A stretch of DNA of 58,344 bases, the filler included, from Sphacelaria rigidula (taxonomy: Eukaryota): the NCBI GenBank assembly GCA_964200075.2. It is 6 parts of 6 records of this genome, joined end to end, with 100 filler letters (N's around TTAATTAATTAA, not from the genome) between each part and the next. Parts side by side here need not be neighbours in the genome. Positions count along the whole stretch, not along the records: positions 38,968 to 48,606 come from CAXNAA020008055.1; positions 48,707 to 58,344 come from CAXNAA020008056.1; 4 more parts are not named here. The stretch is one strand, 5' to 3'. This document shows, piece by piece, positions 47,919-58,344 of this stretch. The notes beneath the pieces are model-generated. The model had not been told where the DNA came from. It ran no database searches and worked only from the letters and a program-made list of their open reading frames with translations. The translations under genes were made by a program, and so were the position numbers. Positions within the stretch are counted from its first letter, which is position 1, and every line of letters begins with the position of its first letter.

Positions 47919-48267
47919 TCGGCATTATTTTTACTTGAAACAGGCCTGAAAATGATGCCGATTCAACAAGAAGTGGTCAACGACCTCAATTTCGTCGTCG
48001 GCTCCTCTCTCCATTATACCCAAATCTTCGATAGACATAATATCCGAATCTTTCATGGACTAACCTAACTACACTCTAACCCTATAACCCCAATCGTAAC
48101 CCGACGAAGATAGATCGTGGACACTTGGGCAGCGAGGGTGTTTTATGACTCTAGTAATCACAAGGTGCTTTGTCCTACGGCGCGGACCCAAACACTTCGA
48201 CCGCCGTAGGTGTCCATTTGTAGAATTGGACCATTTTCAGTCCTCTTTGAAGTAAAAATGATGCCGA
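47919..48267. mobile_element. MITE with ~35-bp TIRs and internal CCCTAA-like repeats
   Basis: TCGGCATTATTTTTACTTGAAACAGGCCTGAAAATG pairs with CATTTTCAGTCCTCTTTGAAGTAAAAATGATGCCGA. Internal CTAACCTAACTACACTCTAACCCTATAACCC at 48060-48090. Confidence 0.7.
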
Positions 48268-48606
48268 TTCAAGCCATGCTGCGATAAGCGAGGGGAAGGG
48301 GTTCGATCCCACGAACGACCTGAAACACTATCGGTGCGCTTGTATTTGGGAAAAAGCGGCGTGAAGCAGTATAAATGAGCGGTATTTATCGGGAGCAAGC
48401 ACGTTTGAACAACTGCTGTCTACTTTCAACGGTGATTGAAGTGGAATTTCGTGGAAGAAGACGGCACAAATACCCCCCCCTCCATGAGGCTGGTAAGGCA
48501 CCCACGAGGCAGTGTATAAGCCGTGACTGTCTCTGAAAGTGGCGATACCACAGAATAAAGCAACTCCTTGTTGGCAGTCATCCAACTGCAAGATAGTCCG
48601 TAGGCT

Positions 48607-48706
48607 NNNNNNNNNNNNNNNNNNNNNNNNNNNNNNNNNNNNNNNNNNNNTTAATTAATTAANNNNNNNNNNNNNNNNNNNNNNNNNNNNNNNNNNNNNN
48701 NNNNNN
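48607..48706. other. Artificial contig linker
   Basis: N44-TTAATTAATTAA-N44. Confidence 0.98.
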
Positions 48707-48746
48707 TTTTGTGTAGGGGGGGCAGGAGACACGAATTGGTGGGGGT

Positions 48747-48793
<47 letters not shown>

Positions 48794-51700
48794 CCAGCTT
48801 GCTGTCCCCTAGTTTATTGCCGAGGCGTTGGCGGGTGCGGTCAGCTACCGTCTGCTTCCCCCCTAGCCCGTCACTTGCCATGATTACGTTCATGGGATCA
48901 TGTTCCGTGTCGTGGGCCTCGAGTATCTACCAGTAGTCCCGGCAAGTTTGGCGAGACGTGAGGCAAAGTTGCTACTTTGGGTGCAGGCTGTCGCTATCGT
49001 GCGCTCTCGTGTGCATACATGTGTGTGAGGGTGGCCGGCATCCGAGGTCATCGGGACAGTACAGCGAGCAAGAACCAGAAGCAAATATACCGAAGACGTG
49101 ATGTCCAGCAGACTTTTCGGTTTTTGTCACTGTTTCTCGATGAATTTCTTCAAAAATATTTACAAAAAAAAAATCATGACAATTTTCGAAAAATTCCCTC
49201 CGGGAGGGGGCGGGGGTTGGGGGCGGGGGAGGGGGAGGCTCCGTGTCTGAAAATCTTCTCTCCACAGACCCTCGGCTCGGCCCTGATTTTTTTTACAACT
49301 TCGCTATAGGTCATTACGCAACTTTTGACGCACGAGTTTTTTTACTTCTCGATTTTTACATCGGTCTTCAGGGTCCCAGGGTTCTCGGGAACCTCTTCCC
49401 GAGAACCTTGCACCCCGAGGCCCCTGCAAAAGCGGTGAACAATCAACAAGTGAAGCAAAAACCCTCGCTTATGGAACGTTTTGGAGTGACCCAGAGCACG
49501 CGTGTGTAAAATTTTATGATCGAGCTCCCAAAACGTCATGGAGTTTTGCGCCTTCGCGCGATGAAGTGAGCTTGAGACGTGCAAACGTCTAACTACTTGA
49601 TTTAAGTATTAAAATGTCTCTTTTCCGGTATCTTGAGAAAAACTGTATCAAGTTTTCGAGTTTCGCAACCAAACTTCGTACATCGTTTCCTTGAGCCATC
49701 CGGAACGCATATTATTGTTTTTTTTTAATATTCAGGCGTTCTGAGGCATTCTTAACCGCCTTCCGGGGGTCTTCTCGCGCTGAGATCTCCAGAAGGTGAT
49801 ACAGAGCTGAGAAACTTTGAAATATTGGCAACAATGCAATTGCTTTATTCCGAGCACCAATACTTATTGGACTGCCAAGTTTGAGGGCGATCTAAGCTTT
49901 CCCCCGACATAGATAAGGTACACCTTTCTGGGTCTTTCGTACGCATCATCAATGGAAATCCGACGACCCCAAAACGAAATACCGCGGTTTGGGGTATAAT
50001 TCGATCCCATAGTAACCGTTTTAAAAACTAGTTCTTCTGTTGGATTCTCTAGCTCATGGCGATCACTGCGGTTCGAAGTATGTGGAGATTGTGTAGAAAT
50101 TAGGTTGAGACTTCGTGTTTTCAATTTCAGAACATTTCAAGGGCGCTGATTGGTCGAGGTACCTTTTCGCCTTTCGCGCCGCCGTTATGACCTTCAATGA
50201 AAACCTGCTATGTCACCCTCTTCGTCTGTTCGTTGCGGCCAGTATGATCACGTGTGTGCGACTCTCGGGCAGGTATTGCGGGAGGCATTTGCTGATGACA
50301 TAATTCTGGGAGATAAGCGTGAAGCAGTCTGTGGTGAAATACTCTGCAAGAGCTCGGCGAAGTGGCAGTTTCTCGACCACCGAAATATTCACGTACAAAC
50401 CCGACCAGGCCGTACTCTAACCTGATACTGAGCGTATAATACCACAGTAACCATCTCGGTGGCTGTTGAGCTGTCACCATGCCCCCCTGTGGAAGTTCCG
50501 GTACTCTCTCCAACGGACTGTTGCCCCCTTGCCAGATAGCTTTGCGGGGGTCCGTGATGGGACCCGCAGTTCGCGCGAGAGGAGCGTAACGTCGCGCTGC
50601 CGCGTGAGTTAGAGCGAGAACGCTAAACCCAGCACCCTCATATATACAACGGGGCCCCTAGTGTGTGTTTTTCAGCCATCTTGCTTCGAGCGTTAATGCA
50701 TGAGCAGGCTAAATTTTGTAACACGGCTGACAGCATCCACTGCCGCCTCCGCGCCGGTTTGATACCGTATACCGTCTACAATTATCACTAGATATCGGGT
50801 GTCAATTTGTTTTTTAAAGGACTTGTTGCTGGTACTCACGATTTGAACCCACACGGCTCCCTGAGCCCCTAGCGCTTTCGACCCTGTGGCATCAACTGAG
50901 ATATACTGTAAGTGCCATGATCATTAGACGAAATTGCGGTTTGTCTCGACACCCAACCCTCGTGAAAATAACAGTAAAAAAAGAAACTTGGAACAGTACT
51001 GCTCGGTATGCAAGGTGCACACTTTCTACTGTGCAGTATTTGGTTGGGTGTGAAAACATTTTCACGCGGAGTGATCTTGTAATTGGAGAATTTTCCTCAC
51101 GGTAGTATCCGAGAAGAAATCCTGACGCACTTTTGAGGTACAATATGGTGTAGTACACCGCAAGCATTTAAAACTCTCTGAAATCGATCATCTAAGCTTA
51201 GGAAGCAAACCCCCTCGCAGGTGGACTGAGATGGACTATCCCACATTTGGGGTTCACAACTGCTCTTTTCTCGCTTCGCTAAACCCCCTTTGTCATAAAA
51301 CATGTGGATGTTGGGCATCTATATGGAACATATTGTATTCTCTTTCTTCTTTATTATTTATCCCTGTTTTGCTTGCATCGCGTTTTGTGGGGTTTTTTAA
51401 TCTAGGTCTATTTTGTTTTCTTTTGGTTTTGTTTGATTTACTCATACCTTATTGGAGGTAGCTAGCCTGTGACCACGGAAGGCGTCCGCATCAGATGCCC
51501 AGTGCGAATGAACCTCGCAGATATCGGAACGGTTTCTAATGTGAAGACAACAACAACAGTCCCGGAGAACCCCTGCAGTCGATTGCGTGCAGAGTTAGTA
51601 TGTGTTTGCGTCTTCGCTGGATACAACAGCAACAAGCCGTCAGCGTGCCACCGCTCTCCACGGAACACAGTGTAAAACATACTGCTGACGTCTCTGCTCA

Positions 51701-53650
51701 GGGCCTGTTTCAACGAAAGAAGACAAGACAAGAAAAGTGAGAACGCGCCGTGAGAGTGAATGAGAGTGATTCTGGCGTTTTTCTTGAGTTTTTTTTTTTA
51801 ATGTTGTCCTTCCAATTGGTTGCCCATCAGCTCCCAACCAACCGGAACGACAACAAGCAAAAAAGCCACCAAATCCGCCAGATTCACTCGGACTCTCGCG
51901 GAGCTTGCTTTCTCTTCTTGTCTCGCCAAAGCACGGCCTTAGTGTTCCGCAATAACCCTGCGACATTGTGAAGCAATGCTGGCAACACAAGAGGGGTTAG
52001 GCGGGCTGAAAAAGCCAGGAGTAGAGCAAAAAGCACGTTGTTCGTGCCCATGTGTTCTATGGTTGAATTGTCATCACCAAAAATGATAAATACGGCTAGA
52101 CAGCGAAGTAGTCCACCTGTTGTCATCTGTAGGGGGACAAAGTGGCCATTTTGATAGCCGTGCCTGGTCCAAGCGGTCACTCCACTCCTCTCGGGCCTCG
52201 TTCTTGGCTAAGAATTTTCCGTGGGAAACTTCCAAACACACATGGTTGACTTGGTGAGCGTTTCGGCTGTTTTCCGAATAGGCCTCCACCTCCCTGTCAA
52301 CCCCCTCGCCCCTGGTCATACGACTATGGCATTCAAACTCATGAGCACCCCCCCTCTCCCCCCGCCCCCTGGAACCCCCCCGATGTCCCTGGACTATCAG
52401 CCTGTGAATCATGTTCCGATGCGGTGATCGCTGTCTAAGGTTTGATAACACTGGATGCGCTTGCGGGCTGAGCAATCTGGCGGCTGCGCTGAATACTACA
52501 CTACTCCACTATTACATCGCCTGCTCGTACAGCTTCAGAAGTTATTACCCGAGTGATCACAGCCAAACTCGCGAAATGACTCCCAACGCTCTTGAAAGAA
52601 GTCTCAACCCCAAGCCAGGGCTTTCCCTGTCCTGCAACTAACTAATAATGGTCCCCAGTGACTTCTTTGTCGGCCTACTGCATATCCCTCGATCCCGTGG
52701 AAACTCGTTCACCGGCCTTCACCGCCACGCTGTCCCTGACGGCAGTCTTTTTCCAGGACCTTATGTTTTCTACGATTGGGTATGATTGTGGTTTCTGTGC
52801 GAGACCTTGCACCGAAGCCATGTCAGCAGAGGCCGACCATTCCAATTTTCTTTCTTGTTTTGCTCTTGCCTTTTTTTTCGTCTTTTCTTGAGTGAATTTT
52901 TATTTTTATTTTTTCTACCTTTTTCTGTTCTGTTTTTTCTTCACTTTTTTTCAGCGAGTGTTTCAGTGTTGTTTTCAACCTCGCGTACGTCCATCATGTG
53001 GATACTGACCACGGCTGAGTCATGACTACCTGAGGTATCATCATCAGTTAAAGTGTGACGATTAAAAATCATCATAATCAAAATCATCCTAAATCTTGGG
53101 CCCACAGCACTGAGCGACAGTCCTTTTTCCTATTTGTTCATCACCCCAAAATCAAGACATGATAGGGTCTTCGCTCAGCGCTGTGGCCTTGCAGAGGCAG
53201 TGAAAGGCGCTGGTGATAGAATGTGAGTTTTCACGCAACCAGGGGAAATTAGGTCGACGAAAAATGAATTAAACATATGGCTAGTTTTGGATTCAGGAGC
53301 TCGCCGTTTTCGGGGTTGAAGACTCAATCCAACATTGAGAATCTCGTGACAAGTTAGGCTGCTTGAGGTGTCGCAGTACAGAACACTGCTACTACTCAGC
53401 ACAGCACACTACTACGACTGATGATATTCTACTTGAGGGTGTCACGTACGGGTCTGTCTTTTTTTTGTCTCGAAATCTTCGAATTGATGTAGAAAAAAAA
53501 CATCTCTGAAAGCCATGAAGGGAAGTTTCTTGTCCGGGTCAGACGACACTTCAAGTCAAGACTACTGATTTTCCCAAAATCTACCGGCGGATTTGTTTTT
53601 CAGCACTGGTTTTTCGGAGAAGTCGGGAAAAAAACCATTTTTTCGAAAAA

Positions 53651-54125
53651 TTAACCTTTTGCGAACCCTTTCCTCCTGTCGCCGGGTCAGACGCCTCATT
53701 TTTTCAAGCCTTGACAAGGAAAAAAATATGGGAACAGAAAACACCGACGGCAGCCATTTTTACGGCGGAAGGCCACAGAAAAATCCACCAGCTACGTCAT
53801 GCGAACACCAACAATGTCACTCCGGTGCGGTTGGATGAATTTTGGCAAAAGAGGGAACGCAACGGGTCGAGTGTGTTCACATTTGTGAACACAGCCAAAA
53901 CAAGCACTTGCGTGCCTGAACACTATACAAACAAAACCGGCACCACCTGTCTATTCTCCATATGCTGAGTCCCGTGCTGCACTTAGGCACATTTCTATGC
54001 TGGTCTGAAAAACACGCTTCGGGCTAATTATTATGCGTGAAAGCTGTAAAATCTCAGCCATACATCGTCCAAAAATCAACACCTCGAAATCCGCACTTTT
54101 CCATCGCCAGTGCCAAAAGGGTTAA
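53651..54125. mobile_element. Candidate piggyBac-like non-autonomous element
   Basis: TTAA-CCTTTTGCGAAC at the left and GTGCCAAAAGGG-TTAA at the right: TTAA target duplication with short imperfect CC(C)TTTTG TIRs. Confidence 0.5.
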
Positions 54126-54172
54126 ACTAAAATTGGAGAAAAAAATCCCCGTGAATGGTACACACGCGGCCA

Positions 54173-54413
54173 TTTGGTTACCCCCCCCCAAAATGCCTCC
54201 AGAGGGACTCGAGGCCTCCAGAGCGAAACAAGCCTCCGGAGGCCTTGAATCCCTTTGAAGGATACGGAAAATTACCCCTCAGGAGGGCCGCGCATCCCTC
54301 CGGAGGAATTTGGGGGTAGCAAAATGCGTCCGGAGGGATGCGCGGCCCTTCAGAGGCAAAGCAAGAATCCGGAGGCGTTTAATTCCTCTGGAGGAATTTT
54401 GGGGATAGCCAAA
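54173..54413. mobile_element. Palindrome-rich MITE
   Basis: TTTGGTTACCCC..AAAATGCCTCCAGAGG pairs with CCTCTGGAGGAATTTTGGGGATAGCCAAA. Internal perfect 21-bp inverted repeat at 54284-54304 / 54329-54349 and repeated TCCGGAGG motifs. Confidence 0.8.
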
Positions 54414-54638
54414 GGGGAGCGTGTGTACTCCTTAGCCCTGCTGTGACTGCGAGCCCCCCTTAGATAGTCTGAGGTTGCCTGTGGTCAGTTTGTGTTGGCA
54501 ACGACTGGCGGTGCTTTTCAGATTACCACACAGAGCACGCCTGTTTACATGGAATTTTTGGTCATTTGTGCATTCTCCTTAAAAGTTAGGGTATCCCCCT
54601 TACAAACTAGGGTATCCTCCTCGGAAATTAGGTCATCC

Positions 54639-55300
54639 TTAAAATTCAGGGTATGAAAACCCCAACGCGACTTTGCGCCAACTCAAGCGTACGTGTAGGA
54701 AGTTTTCGTTGTCAAATACAGCCAGAGTAAAATAAACGTGTTGCGCTACATGCCCTCCATGCAGATCGGCAATCGAGCGAAGAAAGGCCATGCGATAAGA
54801 GAGTTGTTTCGCAAACACGTGTTTTCTTGCTGGCGAACTTCCTCCCCGTCGGCATACGTATCTCATTGATTATTTGACACGAACTTCCGAAAACTCGCGA
54901 TGCTTTTTCTCTCATCGTTCAAGAAGGTTTCTTCAAAAAATGGGTCCAATATTGCGGTGAGGGTGAACCTGCTATTGGAACTTCGCCCTTCTGGTGTAAA
55001 TTGTTGGAGCATCGAAAGCACTTTTTTCATGATGCATTTGTGCCAAAAGCTAAGCAGGTGACAGGTGTCGGACCGGGATGCACCCAAGTGCGGAATTTTG
55101 TCCGGCGCGCTCACCGCTGCAAAGGTCGATTCCTGTCGGCCTCTCCCTCTGGACAGGAGGTGCCTCCGTGCGCTACAGAACACGTCGTCGAAAACCACGG
55201 TGATATTTTCGTCACTGCTGTCGTCCTCACACACGCGCGCGCGAGCAACGACGGTTGTACGAAGATTCTGGATCGGCGGTGGGTGGTATTCTGTCAAGTA
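54639..55300 (-). pseudogene. Possible N-terminal remnant of an IS630/Tc1/mariner-type transposase
   Basis: Two abutting ORFs (55297-54863, 54866-54639). SIASFRKFV..MRYVCRR..YRMAFLRSIADL..HVYF loosely resembles the HTH-to-first-Asp segment of such transposases. No catalytic triad is visible. Confidence 0.25.
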
Positions 55301-57333
55301 GTATCATATACAGCATCCTGCCACCGGAAAAGCAACAATGCAGATACTTTTCTTAGGGCCATGCAGTATAGAACCCGCGACCATACTTACTTGGCATGCC
55401 TAGTAAAACATGATACCTCTGACGATGGCTTAGCTGCTGCTGACGTCACCCACACGGGGGCTGGCATACTGTAAGCTGTGAGCTGCGGTGCACTGCTTTT
55501 GGTGTACAGTCAATACGCGCTGGGCGGAGGGGTCACACCTCGTCACTTCAAGGTTTCCTTCGTCGTTCATTCTGTCGAGGCCACAACAAGCTTTTGCCTG
55601 AGGCGAGATATGATCCCGCCACGAGCAAGGGCATTCTCGTGAACATCTGGACTACTCCCCGTTGTGAGTGTGGCCCACGCCATCGAGCGCTGACCGAAAA
55701 CGTCTTCTCCGAGGTAGCTTGGGTTAGGCTGAAGGGAGCGCAGCAGCAGCACAGCGCTGTTGTTGTTCCCCCCTCTACAGCCCATGCACTTTATCGTCAC
55801 ATGTGCACATCAGAAAGTGCTTGGGTATGTGGAACAACAGTGGATGAAACTCAAAGAAGGCCTTTTTCTTGAGAACCTCAAAACGACTGCGAAAATCTGA
55901 GGGAAGGCGCGTTCCTCGGCTTCCCAAGGGCTTCAAGAAACACGTTGCTACAGGTTTTCAAGCCTCTAGGAAAAGCCGTGAATCGAACCTCCTGTTTCAC
56001 TTTTAACAACATATTCGTGAGATTCAGAGCCTAATATCGGATTCAGAGCGGATGCTCTAGCGTTCCTTACAGGCATTTTTTGTTGTTGTTACTTGAGCAC
56101 ACGTCCTGTGCATACAGCTACCGTACAGTACCCCATTCGAGGAATTCGGCGGTCTGGTTGGTGAGATACCGCACGAAGCATTTTTACGCCTGGGGGGGCA
56201 TTTTGGAACTGAAACTGTTTCAGGCACTAATCCGTTTTTCCTGAAAGAGGGGATCTTTTGTTGCAATGGACTGACTACGTCGATGCGATCAAGTGATGCG
56301 TCAAATTGATCGTGTAGGTGACAGCTTTCATTGAAGCCACCGCTTCACCAGCTGGGCGCATTACTCCTCGAACTGTGGCGATGTCAAAACCGACGGGAAA
56401 GTCAATCGTTGCGGGTCTCACTCTGAATCCGATGTTTCACTCTGAATCTCACGAATATAGTGTTTTTTATGAAAGGTTTCCGACAACGAAATTTCGACTC
56501 AGAAACTGGAAAGGTGCACATTCGTTCTCTGAGATAACATGTCCTACCTATTATTCCCGGACATGCCTGGAAAAATTGTAGCATCGTGTTTTTCACGCCC
56601 TTGGGAAGCCGAGGAAGGTGCTTCCAACAGGACTTTCCCAGCCGTTTTCAGGCTTTCATAACATATACATTGTGTTTTAAATCCCATTCCTTTCAGTTCC
56701 ACATACCCGACACTTTTCGATGTACACCTTCGTCCAAAAACAGACGACACTGCTGCTGAGTTGTTGGTGAAAAATTGACACAAAACCAAGTGCACAGTCA
56801 TTAAAAGCTGATTAAGAAGTACAGCCGGCGCTGTCGGGTGCCATCAGGGTACCTTGCAGTCACCATGTGAACAGCTGGGAAGCGGGGAGTGCTATTCGCC
56901 GTCAGTTAGCAACACCTACCAGCAACACCTGTTTGCAACGCATGACCTATGTCATGCGAACGTGCGACATAGCCCTACATGATTAGACAGGAGCCGACTG
57001 AATCCAGTCAGTGGGCTGAGGTCGGTTTATTACTATATGTACCTAATTTCACGTTTGTCACTTCTGCTTGCAACCCACAACACACAGGGTAAAGCTCGAC
57101 GCGTTGTCTCTCCCCCCCCAAACCCGATTGACCTCTCGTCTCCTCGCTGCAGATTTGTGCGGCAACAACTCTCTCCCTTCCAGTGTAAAATGGTCACAAC
57201 ACTTTCATGCTTGGCAGAGTGGTTCACGCTGGCCACCACTATAATACCGCTGCGACATATATATATATATATAAACGCAAACATACCCTGCCTATGGTTT
57301 TGCACTGCTTTCCTTTCGGGGGTAGTCCTGGCC

Positions 57334-57556
57334 GAGGGGCCCCATATCGGGAAATGGCTGCACCATCGCCTATACTAACTCTAAGTAATCAAATGTTATT
57401 ACCGTGAAATTAATGCACATGCGGTGCAGTGCAGAAACTACTATCACCATCATCCAGCGATCAGGGGGTATCCCCCCCCCCTTCTTCAACCCCAAAATGA
57501 GGATTCTGCGGCCTGGGGGGCGGTGGTGCAGCCATTTCCCGATATGGGGCCCCCTG
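57334..57556. mobile_element. hAT-like MITE with 35-bp near-perfect TIRs and an ~8-bp target duplication
   Basis: GGGGCCCCATATCGGGAAATGGCTGCACCATCGCC pairs with GGCGGTGGTGCAGCCATTTCCCGATATGGGGCCCC (one mismatch). GTCCTGGC occurs on both flanks, and the right end reads CAGGG on the - strand. Confidence 0.8.
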
Positions 57557-57887
57557 TCCTGGCACACCTCCAGCATGTTGTTTGCGGTTGCTCAGAGAGT
57601 ATGTGCGTCTCGACCGTGCCGCATTGTGGCCCGCATCACTTTACTGAGCATACAGGCTCACTTTTTCCATCAGCAGCTGTTATAGCACAACTCAGCACGA
57701 AAATAATCGGTGTGTCACCGCTCTTTACTGCGCACGACACAGTTCACGTTGTTTCTGTCCCTGCTACACTAAATATTAATGATGGTGTCTTACGATAACA
57801 AGCGCGCAGCTGTCTTGACAGTACTAGAAGGGAAAGGCAGGTCGCAAAGATTGCGCAGAGAGCGGAGGGTACTTTCTTTCTGTGCGT

Positions 57888-57917
57888 GTGCTTGAGTGCT
57901 TGAGTGCTTGAGTGCTT
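57888..57917. repeat. 8-bp microsatellite (GTGCTTGA)n, just under four units
   Basis: GTGCTTGAGTGCTTGAGTGCTTGAGTGCTT seen directly. Confidence 0.9.
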
Positions 57918-58199
57918 CAATTGTCCAGTGACCCCCACAGTGCTGGTCGACGAAACATAGCGTGACTGCGAGGTAGGCCAATGTGGGCAATTTCGACGGG
58001 AACATTTGATGTACCAGGCGACCAATGGAAGCTGTCGGGATGAGGGCTCTCCTCCCGTCCGCGCCTGCCGCTCGATCGAGAATTCGTCAGCACGCATGGT
58101 TGATTTTGATTGTATTCCCGTTGGGCTGAGACCCCCACTTCCCCCCCTTCCCCCTCTCAAAGCTTGGTGATTGATTGCGAGCGTGGTCCGGCGGGAAGC

Positions 58200-58344
58200 C
58201 GGCGTGCTCCGCCCCGGCGTTGGAGGGATGCGAGGTCAATGGTCACACGACTACGGCATGCAAGATTATGAGTATCCCCCCACCCCCCCCTGGTCCTCTC
58301 TATTAGGAGTAGGAACGGTGCTCCGTCTCGAAAGGGATGCGTGG
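58200..58344 (-). repeat. 3'-tail units of the SINE family at the contig end
   Basis: AGGGATGCG.GGTCAATGGTCA..GACTA.GGCA.GCAA..ATGAGTA.CCCCCC matches 19487-19550. A further fragment lies at ~52314-52360. Confidence 0.7.

Noticed and set aside
48709..48936. Gly-rich and Pro-rich ORFs
   Set aside because: They are translations of a poly-G run of uncertain length near a contig start.
52430..53000. LINE RT fragment followed by a T-rich tail
   Set aside because: The resemblance to RT motifs is too degraded to support by eye; it needs a translated search.

Overview
Eukaryotic, intron-rich and repeat-dense DNA. The retroelement and intron style suggests a brown alga or other stramenopile, which is inference only. 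The window is not one locus: it is six contigs of 9642, 9642, 9642, 9641, 9639 and 9638 bp, sorted by decreasing length and joined by identical 100-bp N44-TTAATTAATTAA-N44 linkers, so adjacency across linkers is artificial. Contig 1 holds 8 exons of a + strand PP2C/PPM phosphatase gene with a long disordered N-terminus and a ~210-aa insertion inside the catalytic domain; its introns carry two telomere-repeat-bearing MITEs and a tRNA-derived SINE. Contig 2 is a degenerate Ty3/Gypsy element (- strand) with 5' LTR, PBS and a higher-order tandem repeat in its leader. Contig 3 holds 9-10 exons of a - strand ARM/HEAT-like gene and a dead RTE-like LINE. Contig 4 is a second degenerate Gypsy element abutting, and probably inserted into, a degenerate Copia element. 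Contigs 5 and 6 have no recognisable host gene and consist of non-autonomous DNA transposons (CMC/EnSpm-like, hAT-like, piggyBac-like, fold-backs) and LINE/SINE tails. I cannot demonstrate a new multi-gene system. The best leads are the TIR elements carrying TTAGGG-like repeats, a CCCTGGACAA-terminated family with exchanged subterminal motifs, the higher-order repeat in the Gypsy leader, and the split PP2C domain.
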